Part shown: in pieces, positions 52,000 to 64,000 of the stretch
Layout of the letters: each line of letters starts with the position of its first letter
Numbering within the stretch: position 1 is the first letter of the stretch
DNA from: Felis catus
Taxonomy: Eukaryota
DNA: 64,000 nt
Direction of reading: 5' to 3'
NCBI RefSeq assembly: GCF_018350175.1
Contig: NC_058378.1
Coordinates: forward strand, 87,482,001 to 87,546,000
The notes under the pieces: model-generated
Databases searched by the model: none
What the model was told of the DNA's origin: nothing
What the model saw: the letters and a program-made list of their open reading frames with translations, nothing else
Position numbers and translations under genes: made by a program

Positions 52000-54900
52000 T
52001 GCTGTTTCTCGCTGATTTCCACTGTGATCTTTATTGCTTCCTTTCTTCTACTTGGTTTGAGTTGTTTGCTCTTCTTTGTTTCGGTTACTTAATGTGGAAA
52101 CTGAGCCATAGATTTTCTAACCTTTCTTCTTCTTTTTTGAAGTTTATTTTTGAAAGAGAGGGCATGAGCAGAGGAGGGACAGAAAGAGAAAGTGAGAGAG
52201 AAAGAGGATCCCAAGCAGGCTCTGCATTGTCAGCACAGAGCACAACTCGGGGCTTGAACTCATGAACTGAACCGTGAGATCATGACCTGAGCCAAAATCA
52301 AGAGTGAGACGCTTAACCAACTAAGTCACCTGGGTGCCCCACCTTTCTTCTTTTCTCGTACAGCATCCAGTGCTATGAATTTTCCCCTGAGTACTGCTTT
52401 AGTGGCACCCCAGTTATGCTGTTTTCATTCTCACTCAGTTTGGAATACTAATTTCCCTTTTGATTTCTTCTTGACTCAGGGTCACTTAGAAGTGTGTTAT
52501 TCAGTTCTCAAGTATTTGGGGATTTTCCAGGGATATTTCTATATTGATTTTCAGTTTACTTCCATTGTGGTCAGAAGACACACTTTAACATGAGTCCTTT
52601 TACATATATGGAAATTCATGTTATGTCCCCAAATATTGTCTGTCTTGGTCAATCTTCTGTCGCCTTGAAAAGAACATGAATTTTTCTGTTGCTGAGCACA
52701 GTGGTCAATAAATGTCATTTGGGTCAATGTGGATGAAACACACCTATCGACTGTACCCATGCTGATTTTTTGCCTACTTGTTTGATCAGTTATTGAGAGA
52801 GGAGTATTGAAATCTTCAACAATAATTGTGGGTTCGATTTCTCTTTGTGGTTCTACCAGTTTTTACTTAACATTATCTTGAAGCTGTCTTGTTCATTTCA
52901 CAAATGTTTAAGATTGTTATGTCCTCTTAACAGATTGATTACTTTATCAATATGATGTGATCTTCATTTTTGTAATTTTTTGGCTCTGAGGTCAACTTTG
53001 TCTAATATTAGTATAAAGACTCTAGCTTTCTTTTGACCAGTGTTAGCATGCTATATCTTTTCTATGCTTTTACTTTTAACATAGTTGTGTCTTTATCTTC
53101 AAAAAGTGCTTTCTGGGGGCGCCTGGGTGGCTCGGTCGTTTAGGTGTCCAACTCTTGATTTCGGCTCGGGTCATGATCTCACAGTTCATGGGTTCAAGTC
53201 TTGCATCCCACTCTGCACGGACAGCACGGAGCCTGCTTGGGATTCTCTCTCTCCCTCTCTGCCCCTCCCCCACTTGCTCTCTCTATCTCTGTCTCAAAAT
53301 CAATAAATAAACTTTTAAAAAAGTGCTTTGTGTAGGCTGCTTGCAGTTGTTCTGGCGCCTCTACCTACTTTGACTCTTAATTGGGTATTTAGACCGTTTA
53401 CGTTTGGTGTACTTATTGATGTGCTAAGGTGTAAATGTATCGTCTTTTTTAAAAATATGTTTTAAAGAACCCAGTAATAAATAAGTTTATTTATTTATTT
53501 TGAGAGAGAGTGATCGGGGGAGGGGAAGAGAGAGGGGGGACAGAGGATCTCAAGCAGGTTCTGCAGTGACAGTAGCAAGCCTGACACAGGGCTCAAACTC
53601 ATGAACTGTGAGATCATGAGTCGAAGTAGGACGCTTAACTGACTGAGCCACCCAAGAGCCCTAACCTACCATCTTACTAATTGTTTTATAAATTCCCATC
53701 TGTTCTTTGTTCCATTTTTTCTTCCTTTTGGATCAATTGACTATTGTTATTATTATTATTATTATTATTCCAGCATATCTCCTTTGTTGGCTTATTGGCT
53801 ATAACTTTTTTATTATTCTTATTTTAGTGGCTGTTTTAAGATTGACAGTAACACACTCAATTTACCACAACCCACCTGCTAGTGACATCATCCCACTTTG
53901 TGTATAGTATAAGAACTTTCCAATACTGTCTGGTATCTTCATTTCTCCTTCCAGGCCCTCGTGCTATTGTTGTCATACCTTTCGCTTCTGTGCATTAGAG
54001 ACCCCAGACTATATTGATATCGTTTCTGTTTCAATAGTCAGTTATCTTTTTTTTTTTCAACGTTTATTTATTTTTTGGACAGAGAGAGACAGAGCATGAA
54101 CGGGGGAGGGTCAGAGAGAGAGGGAGACACAGAATCAGAAACAGGCTCTAGGCTCTGAGCCATCAGCCCAGAGCCCGACGCGGGGCTCGAACTCCCGGAC
54201 CGCGAGATCGTGACCTGGCTGAAGTCGGACGCTTAACCGACTGCGCCACCCAGGCGCCCCATTAGTCAGTTATCTTTTAAGGAGATGTAAATAATAAGAA
54301 AAAAATTTGCATTCCTTCACACAGTTACAATTTTTGGTGCTCTTTACTGTTTTTTGTATGTTTATATTACATCTGCTATGACTTTCCTTCTGCATGAGGA
54401 CTTTAATATTTCTTAAAAAAATTTTTTTAAGTTTATTTATTTTGAGAGACAGAGAGAGCAGAGGAGTGGCAGAGAGAGAGAGGGAGAGAGAGAGAATCCC
54501 AGGCAGGCTCCATGCTGTCAGAGCGGAGCCCGATGTGGGGCTTGAACTCTCGAACTATGAGATCATGACCTGAGCCGAAACCAAGAGTCAGGTGCTTAAC
54601 TGACTGAGCCACCCGGATGCCCCAAGGACTTTCGTATTTCTTATGGTACAAGTCTTCTGGTGAACTCTTTCAGGTTGTGTATGTCTGAAAAAGTGTTTAT
54701 TTCTACTTTGATTTTGAAAGATATTTTCCTGGGTATAGAATTGTGACTCAACGGGTTTTGATGTTGTGCATTTATTATCTGCACTGTCCCCAGTGAGACA
54801 TCTGTCATTGTCCTTTGTTATCTTTGCTACCGTATACATAAGGTGTCTTCTCTCTGGTCACTTAAGATTTTATCTTTATCATTGGTTTTGAGCTTTTTGG

Positions 54901-56110
54901 TTATGGTGAGTTTGGGGATAATTTTTATTTATGTTTCTTGTGCTTGGTTTTGGGTGAACTTCTTGGATCTGTGGGTTTAGAGTTTTCATTCAATTTGGAA
55001 ACTTATCAGCCCTTATTCAAATTTTTTTTCTGACTTCCGTTTCATTTAGATACTCCAATCATATGTATCTTCAGCCTCTTGAAGTTGTTCTATGGCTCCA
55101 CTTTTCAAAAAGTTGTCTTTTCCTCTGCTCCTTTTTTTTTGTGGGAGGAGAGCTAGTTCTGAGCACTACCTGTCCATTCTGCCATTAATCTTTTTGAGTG
55201 TTTATTTGTATTTTGTTTTTGTTTTATCTCAGACATTGCGGTTTTCATCTCTAGAAGTTCTATTTGGATCTCTTTTATGTGTTTCACGTCTCCACCTAAC
55301 TTGTGAAATGATGGAATGTTGTGGTAACTGTTGTGCAAAGTCCATCATCCATATCAGTTCTTGGTCGGTTATGATTTGATTTTTCTTTCCATTAAGGTTC
55401 ACATTTTTCTGCTTTTTGCTTCTTGGTAATTTTTTGTCAGATGTTGCACTTCAGGAGTTTACCCTGTTGAGTGCTGGACGGTTTCACATTCCTATAAATG
55501 CCCTTGAGTTTTGCTCTGGGATATGGGTAAGTTATTTGGCAACAGGTGGTCCTTTCACATCTTCCTTTTAGATTTCTCAGGCAGATTTGGAGCAGTGCTC
55601 ATCCAGGACCCTTCCCCTGAGGCAGGGCTCCCTGTCCCCCTCCCCAAACGCCGTGGATCATGGGATTTTCCATCTGGCTGGTGGGAACTGGTGCTGCTCC
55701 CAGACCTGAGTGTCAGGTGCGACTCTAACACTCTGGAATGTTTCTATCCACAACCCCACACGCATGCACTGATCTACTCTCGACTGAGTTCAGAGGGGGG
55801 CCCCTGAAGAACTCTGGAGCCCTCACTCTGTGCAGCTCTGCCTTCTTTGGTCTTTTGTGCTGCTGACCCCAGTCTCCTGTCTGCCTGGCCCCCCATCTCC
55901 ACTTTCCCACCCCAGGAGCCCAACCACGAGTTGGGGCGATTGTAGGGCTCATCTCATTTGTTTCTTGCCTCTGAATAACGGGCTGTCCTTCATGGCCTCG
56001 TGTTCACGGCCTGGAACCGTTGTTCAGGTGTGTTGTGTGTATCTTATCGACCCCTTGAACGTTTCAGGTAGGACAGTAGACTCTGTCTCTGTGGCTCCAT
56101 CTTGGCCAGA
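52000..56110 (-). mobile_element. Old L1 remnant block carrying five CAN-SINEs (52134-52340 -, 53116-53322 +, 53486-53661 -, 54047-54260 -, 54422-54623 -)
   Basis: Abrupt T-rich, CpG-poor sequence with antisense L1 signatures (attgaaatcttcaacaataattgtg, ttttgaaagatattttcctgggtatagaatt). Confidence 0.8.
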
Positions 56111-57475
56111 AATGGAGTCACCAAGACCAAGTTCTAGGTTAGCACCTACACGGGTGAGGTCAGGGATGAGGCAGCCAGCGCTGGTGGGAACTACATACAT
56201 CCCAGCATGTCACAGAGACCTCTAGGGGGCACCTTCCATGAGACATGTGAGAGATTCTAGCTTGCAGGGCTTAAATGGGTGCTGTGGGAGAAGCCAGTTT
56301 AGCAGGTGGTGGTGGTGAGTCCCTGAGGCCTGGTCCTTGCGAATGTCCGCTGGCGCGCACCCAGGGGTGCAGGAGTCAGCCAGGACTCAGAGGTGCCTGC
56401 CCAGGTGGTCTCTCCACCTGTCCTGGCTCCTCCGCAGCTCATCACAGCCTACCCAGGAATCTTCAGGTTATGTCATTCTTGCTGACCACCCCCTGCCACA
56501 GTAGGGTCTCAGAAAACTATCAGTGCCACTCCCGAGTGTGTGTAGTTTAAGCTACAATAGAAGCCATTTTTTTTGAGGTGATGCAAAAGAAACGATTATG
56601 GGGTCTTGAGATGTGGCAGAAAGAACTGAAGTTCCTGGGGTGGAACCAGTCAGAGTGATGCTTCCGCCAGTGAAGAGAGGGAGCAGGAAGTCCTGAGGGC
56701 TGGGCCCCTAAAGAGTGGCCCAGGAGGACCCCTGACAGGGAAGAGGGCAATGGCACACCCCCGGAGTGCTGGGGGGCGGTGCACGGGCAGCACAGGCCCC
56801 CTCCCCCGTGGGACCCCCACCTTCATGCAGGAAGCAGCCCCAGTGGGGCCCTGAAGCGCCAGCTGGCCTTGGCCCTCACCCCGTGCCCTCCTGTTTCTCC
56901 CATCTTAGCAGCGGGCCGGCCTGAGGGCCAGGCTCTGCCCCCCATTTCAATGGGTCTCACAAGAGCAAGAAAGGCCTCATAAAGGAATACTGCACGAGCA
57001 TCCAGATTTTGGCACTAGGACTTACTACCAAATCTCTGCCTTGCAGAGTCACTGGAGGTTATGGGAAACTCGTCCCTAGGGTAAGAGCGTTCAGCTCCTC
57101 TCACGTGAGCCCCCGACCCTCAGGCTCAGAGCAGAAACCACAGGAAGCCGTCAGGGTAGGTGCTCACTCCTGTCTGGGACCAGCTGAGGGTCAGTCCTGG
57201 TCCGGGCAAGGCGTGCCGGGCTGCCTTTGCGCAGTCCTTGGTTTGGGAAGAGGTACGGGGAAGCTGGAGCAGAGAGAGGGCAGAGGCCAGGGCCTCGGAC
57301 AGGAAGGGGCCCCAGGACCCCGGGGGAGGGGCCACGGTGCCCCTGGGGAAGGGGGCAGGGGACCTGCGGGGGAGGGGCCTCGGTGCTCTAGCACACGAAC
57401 CAGGTAGAAGGCTGGGGAGTCAGCGGCAGCGACTGTCAGGTCAGCGTTCTCCTGGGTGTTAAAAAGGCCCACCCA

Positions 57476-57705
57476 GGGGCGCCTGGGTGGCGCAGTCGGT
57501 TAAGCGTCCGACTTCAGCCAGGTCACGATCTCGCGGTCCGGGAGTTCGAGCCCCACGTCGGGCTCTGGGCTGATGGCTCGGAGCCTGGAGCCTGTTTCTG
57601 ATTCTGTGTCTCCCTCTCTCTCTGCCCCTCCCCCGTTCATGCTCTGTCTCTCTCTGTCCCAAAAAAATAAACAAACGTTGAAAAAAAAAATTAAAAAAAA
57701 AAAAA
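57476..57705 (+). mobile_element. Young felid CAN-SINE with TSD aaaaaggcccacccag
   Basis: CpG-rich head gcgcagtcggttaagcgtccgacttcagccaggtcacgatctcgcgg, long A tail, intact TSD. Confidence 0.93.
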
Positions 57706-58021
57706 GGCCCACCCAGAGCCTAGGGGACCCAAAAGCACGTACTGTTGGGGCCATTTCTGGAAAATGTAAACCGGCCCGAAGGTTTGTCTGGGGAAGAGCC
57801 CTTTGTCAGGACTCTCTGGCCGGGAAGGAGCTGGTGGGAGCGGCCGGAAAGGCAGGAGGCCTTCGGGGACGGGCTGTGGGGCTGTCAGGACAGCGGGGCG
57901 CCTGGAGGAGAGGGCCGAGGCTGGGGCCTGGGGGGGGGGGGGCGCCCTGGGCCCATCTTGCCTCCATGTGGTCTGTGAGTGCGCTCTGCGGACTTGGGAA
58001 GCCCCTGGAAATGTGAAGGAA

Positions 58022-58330
58022 GCAACAGAGGAAGTGACAGCCTAGAGGGTACCCCCCACTTCCCTCCCCTTCCCTCGTCCCTCCTCCTCCCCCCCTCCCT
58101 TCTCCTTCCTCCTCCCCACTCCCTTCTCCTTCCTCCTCCCTCCTTTCCCCCGCCCCACCCCCCACAGCGCAGCAGAGGAAGTGACAGCTTGGAGGGTATC
58201 CCCCCACTTCCCTCCCCTCCCTCCTCCTTCCCCCTCCCTCCTCCTTCCTCCTCCTTCTCCGCTCCTTCCTGTCCTCCCTCCCTCTCCCTTCTCCTCCCTG
58301 CTCTCCCACTCCCCCCCCCCCCCCCCAGCG
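58022..58330. repeat. Two ~147-bp units, each a GAGGAAGTG head plus a polypyrimidine (CT-rich) tract
   Basis: gcaacagaggaagtgacagc / gcagcagaggaagtgacagc, each followed by CCT-rich runs. Confidence 0.8.
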
Positions 58331-61300
58331 GAAGACAAGGGAAGGCACTGGGCAAAGCCACGGGTTCAAGGCCTCACGCTTTCCTGGTGCTGCAGGAAGA
58401 ATGGGCGTGGGGCTGTTCCCCTGCTGCCGAACCCACCGCTCACCCATGGGGGTGGGGAAGGGGAGTGGCGTTCGAGGTGGGGCCGCCCTGGCCCATCCTA
58501 GGCAGGCTTTTGGACCTCACGGCGGGACCGCACGGCCGCTGTTGGGGCACCAGCTCAGTAGCAGGGGTGAGGAGGGGGTGACATCCCAGACCCCACCCGG
58601 GGAGAGAAAGCGGGGTCCTCCTGGGCCTGGCCCCCACCCCTCGGGAGTTAGAGGGTCTTGTGGGGCTGGGGCCACGTGCTCCTCTTCCCCGAAGCCTTCG
58701 CCCCGCCCCCCCCCCCCAGCCGCCCGGACCGCCCCCACCCCCCTCCACCGCGGGGTCCGCGGGGCCTGCGGGAGCCCGGAGCACCTTGACGAGTGAAGGT
58801 CGGATCTAAGTTTCTGTCTGTGGCGCCGGCCTGGGGCCTCGTCTGGGCTGAGCAGGATTCTCCCAGGCGTGCCCACACAATGCGGAAGGAGTGTTCAAAG
58901 GACCTGAATAAACAGGCGGTACATTTCGGGGACAATGGGCAGCCGCGTCTCCAGGCGGGGAGGGACCTCTGGAATCCGCGGTCCCGTGCTCCGGGCCGGG
59001 GACTGCGGCGCTTTGTGCGCCGGGTTAATGAGCTGGAAAATACAATTGCGCTTCCCTGGCTGTGAAAATCGCTTTGGGGGCAACCGAGTCACTTAGCTGC
59101 CGGGGGAACCGGGAATTGATTTCCTTTGTCCCGAGGACCCAGCGCGTCCTTGCGGAGGCCACGGGCTGGGGGCTGGGACTCCTCCCACGAAGACCCCAAG
59201 CAGGACAGGCTTCAGAGAGACTGAGCAGGGCCAGGAATCCCCAGGGAAGGACGAGGTTTTAAAAACAAAACAGCAGACACCTATTCTCCTACCTCTCTCA
59301 TCTTCCAGAGCCTCACCTCTTTTGGACCAGAGGAACGTCCCTTTCCCCTTGTTGAGCCGGCTATGAAGAGGCCACTGTCCCTGGAGGATGGCACTGGAGC
59401 CCTGGACCAGGCTCCTGTGTACGGACACTGGGCAGCTGGGCAGGCAGCCCCTGCCCAGGGAAGTCTGCTGGGCCAGCGCTACCCAAGAGGCCCCAGGACT
59501 CTGATGGTCACTTGAGACCTTGCTCCTTGCTTGGCCAAACACCATATTCACTGCGTAATAAATGGCCCAGGCCCACGGGGCATGTTGTTTTGGGCAGACT
59601 GTGGAAAGTTTCTTAATCATTTCCCAGATACGGGGTCATGAACGTTTAATTTCTGAGCCACACAGACAGTGCCTGACACTTCTGTAATAATTCTCTCCCA
59701 TCTTTCAGGCTCACCCAGTGTGTGGCTTTAGATGGTGATGAAGCTTTTGCAGGCTTGATTCTGTGGATGGTGGGGGTCTTGCTGGTTGATGGTCTGTGGA
59801 GACAAGCCCTGGGGATGGCGGGCTGTGCTCAGGGCCAGTCCACGGAGCCTCCCTGCTCTCTGCTGCAGATGAGTCTGACGCCAGCAGTACTCCACCGAGG
59901 GGCCACTAGGCAGTGGCATCGGGGGTCCTGCTGGCCTGGAAATCAGGGCTGAAACCCTGATTCCCAGACTTCATTCCTGTGGTTACCAGCAGCCCAGAGA
60001 AGCTGGAAGTGGTTTGAGGAAGGCCTGTAAATCCCAGGGGATGGGGTCTCAGAGGAGCCAGGGTTGTCGAGGGGCACTGGCCTTAGACGGACAGCCATGG
60101 AGTAAGAAACACGGCCAGAGTGGAATCCTTGAAAACCCCTCAGCTCTGGGAAGAGGGGAAGAAATCCCACGGCTTCAAGGGCGGACGTTTTTCCTCGCTG
60201 AATTCTCCTCATTGAAGTACGTTAATTTTCAAAACAGACGCAGCCTCAGTTTTGGTAATTCTCCAGGCGTGGAGTTTCTGTTCTAGACAGAGGCCCTCCA
60301 CGGAGTCCTGCACACAGGCCTGTCCTCCCTGCAGCCACGACGGCCAAGCTGCTCACATCTCTGAGCCCGCTGGGCGGAAGCTTCTGGGGCTTGTAATCCG
60401 GCCTGATCCTGCCGGCCTCAGATCCCTGCAGGCCCAGAGGAAGGCCACACACAGCAGTCCCAGCTGAGGCTGGCCCTGGTGACAGGCCAGAAGAGCGGTC
60501 CCCTCCCTGAGCCCTGAGCCCCTCAGGACAAGTTGACAGGTGGATGGGCTGGGTGGGTCCAAACCAGATGAGAGATATTAGGGTTCTTAGGGGGTATTCT
60601 GGAATTCTGGTTCATACAGAGCACTGCTCCTGCCTCAGGAAGTACATGAAAAGGCGTGGGGTCTCCAAGCTGACCACTTCCGTTCATAAAAAAGTGAACG
60701 GAACAGTTCAAGTGTTCAAGTGGGAACAGTACCCCAGTATGAGAGTCGAACAGACCAGCCCCAGAAAGAGGTGGCCTCCTTGGCCCTCCCTCAGTGCCCC
60801 AGCCCATGCTTGGTCAAGGGGAAGGAGAGCCTTGGGCCACTTGGGCCCAGTCTGTCCTCCACAGGGGCCTCTGGGCAAGCCTCAACCTCTCCAGGGACAG
60901 AGTAAATGAGGGGCATTGAGAGACCAGTCACCCTAGTGCACTCCCCACATTCAGGGAAGACATTAGGGCAGGGAACACATCCCCCAACAGCCCTCAAGTC
61001 ACTGTGGCAAATAGAGGGGCATCGGGTGTGTGGTTAGGAAAACGCAAAGTGTGAGATCTGAGCAGAGACTCTAATGCCAGGGGTGTTTTGGGGACAGAGG
61101 CAAGGCCAATGAGGGTGGCACTGTGGGAGGGGGCCAGAAAGGGGAATAGGATCTTGGGGTCATGAAAACTGATGTTAGGAGCATGGGTTTTGTTGTAAAT
61201 AAAGGGGGGAAGGGGTGTGTAGGGTCAGGCAGGAAGTTCAGGTGGCCACACCAGTAAGGTAGTTCTCTATTTGTGCCTCATAGGCTGTGCCAGTGCTGGT

Positions 61301-62944
61301 GGCGTGGCCTGGGGGACTGATGAGACCTTAGCAGGACCCCCACCCCTCACCCTCAGGCAGGGAGGGGGACAGGGGGGCTGCATTTGGGAGTTCTGCAGAG
61401 AGATGTAGGGGCCTTGGGTGTTTTCTTCTTGATCAAAGACACCAGGGAATGAGCTGTGTGCATCTATGGACAATTCATGGCACAAGAATTGTTAAGTTTG
61501 AAAACAATCGAAAATGGAGGGTAATTGACAATCTAGAATCTAATTTAATCCTGGTCTAAAAGACCATTTAAGGCTGACGTTTCTGGCAGTGGGTCTGACT
61601 GCCTACTTTCTTCTGCAGTCCTGGAGGCGGGGAGGCGGCTGGGCACGTGTGGACCCTGGGCCTGGGCTGCTGTCTGGCCCCTGCTCGGGTGGGCAGTCTC
61701 GGGTGGTGAAGGAAAACCAGGATCTCTGCTTCAGGGATGCTGTGACCACAAGGGCTCCCCTGCCTCAAGTTCCCCTCCACGTTCCGGAAGAGGCAGCTCT
61801 GGCTTCCCCAACCAGGATGGTGATGACCGGAGCCTCACACACCCCCAGCACTGGCCCCAGGCGGGCACTGAGCCCTGGGGATGTTCAGGCTGCAGTGCTG
61901 GGCCTCCTTCACCACCTCCCAGGGGAAGATGGGAACCCACCACCCGCTTCGCTGCAGGAGCGTCCTGCAGTGCGGGACCAGAGAGCGCCCAGAGATGACT
62001 GGGTTGTGGCCGGGCAGCAGGGCCCAGCTCCCGCTGGACGCATGCACCGGCCACACTTGAGCGCTCTGGCCGCCCCGCTGGGACTGTTGGCCTCCAGGCC
62101 CGTGCCCCGAGGCCCCTTTGTCATGCACATGAGGGCGCTGAGGCTGAGAAAGGGTCCCCTTCAAACACCGAGTCCCCGATGAAGAGCACTTTTCTTTCCC
62201 GGTCTGCGGGCTTGGCACATGCCTGCTGTTTCCAAGTGGCCTCTCATTGAAGGGGCCAGCTCCCCCATTCTTTGTCCCTCTAGGTGCCCGGCTGACAGAC
62301 CCTGGCAGCTGCTGCGCTTTCAAAGGCTCTATAGAGCGTCTCTGCAGGTGAGCCCTCCTGCCAGGGGGCTCCCCGTCAAAGGCTCTTTGAGACGTCACCG
62401 GGGAGCGGGCTCTGAGCGTGTAGCTGCTCACAGCGCCGGCACAAAGGCCGCGCCACTCAACGGGCGACCCCGTCGCCGCCCCGCCCGCGCGCGCTTCCGT
62501 GGGGAGGGGGCGGCCAGTCCCGGGCCTCGCGGTCCTTCCCCAGCTCTCCCGCGGCGCCGGGCCTCCCTGGCCTCCCGGAGCCCGGGGTAATTGCTCCTGT
62601 GAAGCCCCCGGCCGGCCTGCGGGCGTCGCGGTGCCCTGAGCGCTCCCACCCAGCGCACGGGGCTGCCGTCTGGCCGCCGGGTTCCAGCTCCTTTTCAACT
62701 TTATTAAACCGGGCCCCGCGCCGGGAGGGGGCGGGGTGGGGGGGTGGGGGGAGGGAGCCGCTCCGCCCCGCGAGAGGCGGCCCGGGCAGGGGAGGGGCCC
62801 GCGCCTCCGGGAAGCTCCGCCCCGCCCCGCGCCCCTCCCGCCCAGGAGTGGGGGCAGGGTCCGAGCTGCCTCTGCCGGGTCGCTCGCAGCCAGCAGTCCT
62901 CGGGCCCCGTGGCTACCAGGTGACACTCTGTAGGATTCACCAAG

Positions 62945-63085
62945 CAGCCCCGTAACCCCAGGCTGCACCCCCCCACCAGTGCCAGGCTGCACCCCCAGCC
63001 CCAGGCTGCACCCCTTAACCCCCCAGCCCCAGGCTGCACCCCCAGCCCCCTAACCCCAGGCCGTACCCCCAGCCCCAGGCCACAC
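62945..63085. repeat. C-rich short tandem repeat (ccccaggctgcacccc-like units)
   Basis: About 5-6 degenerate units read directly. Confidence 0.75.
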
Positions 63086-63472
63086 AAGGGGTTTTCTTGC
63101 CCTGGGGTTTGGGTTACGGGTTAGTCTCCAGGGGCTCTGGGAGGTCAGGCAACACTCTCAGGGACTGAGTCATGTGGTAAAGAGCACAGGGGACACCTGC
63201 TGACAGGACTTGAGTGAGTCCTCAGACAGATTTTTGGAAACCCAATGGTCACTTGTCACCAGCGTATCCACCCAGGACTGGGCAAGCAGGCAGCCCTGGG
63301 TGGGGCCCAGTTTCTCGGACTTCCAGCCCCTTGGAATTTCCTGGGCCTTCCAACGGTGGCTGCTCCAGAAGCTTCTGCACAAGTGCTGCCCAGCCCCCAC
63401 CAGCCCAGGAGACAGACGCCTCTTGCTAGCTCAAAGAATGAAGTTTCCCTCAGGCCAGTCCTGAATCCCTGC

Positions 63473-63558
63473 CCACCCTCTGCGCAGGATGTGCCCCTGC
63501 CCACTCTCTGTGCCACTGTGCATCCACCTCTGCGCAGGATGTGCCCCTGCCCACTCTC
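63473..63558. repeat. 50-bp-period duplication
   Basis: cctctgcgcaggatgtgcccctgcccactctc occurs twice. Confidence 0.85.
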
Positions 63559-64000
63559 CCACGCTGCTCTCCTCCCTACAGCCTCTCCACCCTGAGCCAC
63601 GTCTCCCCACAGGCCACTTCCCCCCCACCACTCAGGTTGGACTCAGGCTCCAGTGACCTCCTAGGCAGACATCAGATCCTGGCCGCTCAGAACAGCTAAC
63701 TGTAGTCAGTGATGGTCGCCATCTTCCTGGTGAGAGCCAGCCACGCTCCCTTCATGGACCCAGGAAGGATGCTGGGGTCCGGGGTGGGCTTGTGTGCTGG
63801 GGCGCATGGCAGCTCTTCCCAGACCTTGGAGCCACTGGCCTTTATGGAGGGGTCTGTGCCTGTCGGGCCAGCTTGGCTGGCCAGTGGAGCAGAAGCCCCT
63901 GGGTCCCGGAATCATTTGCCAGCGGCTGATTCTTGTTTGCTGTGTCAGCTGGGGGGGGGGGGGGGCGGGGGGGACGGCAGGGCAGGTGCCGAGGGAGGTG

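Noticed and set aside
63010-63125. Telomere-like hexamers (taaccc, gggtta)
   Set aside because: Isolated single copies within a C-rich repeat, not an interstitial telomeric array.

Overview
Mammalian genomic DNA, very likely a felid given the abundant carnivore CAN-SINEs of the Felidae type. It is GC-rich and syntenic with the ADAM8-TUBGCP2-ZNF511 block (human 10q26.3 / mouse distal chr7). From left to right: (1) the 5' two exons of a SPEF1-like CH-domain gene (-); (2) a complete 24-coding-exon ADAM8 (-, 827 aa); (3) a complete TUBGCP2 (-, 17 coding exons, 905 aa) sharing a bidirectional ETS-site CpG promoter with (4) ZNF511 (+, 6 exons, 260 aa); (5) an intact two-exon MSX3 homeobox gene (-, 204 aa), a gene humans lack. 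The remaining ~17 kb is non-coding, with an L1/SINE block, orphan CpG islands and homeodomain/SOX/octamer motif clusters that look like MSX3 enhancers. Exon boundaries were read by hand and give open frames for the four complete genes. The most unusual observations are the intact MSX3 and SPEF1-like genes, tandem duplications that copy 5' splice donors (ADAM8 intron 10, TUBGCP2 first coding intron), a perfect palindrome-containing CpG minisatellite in ADAM8 intron 1, and an ADAM8 poly(A) signal only ~190 bp from the SPEF1-like start codon. There are two assembly gaps. Most long ORFs in the supplied track are GC-content artefacts.
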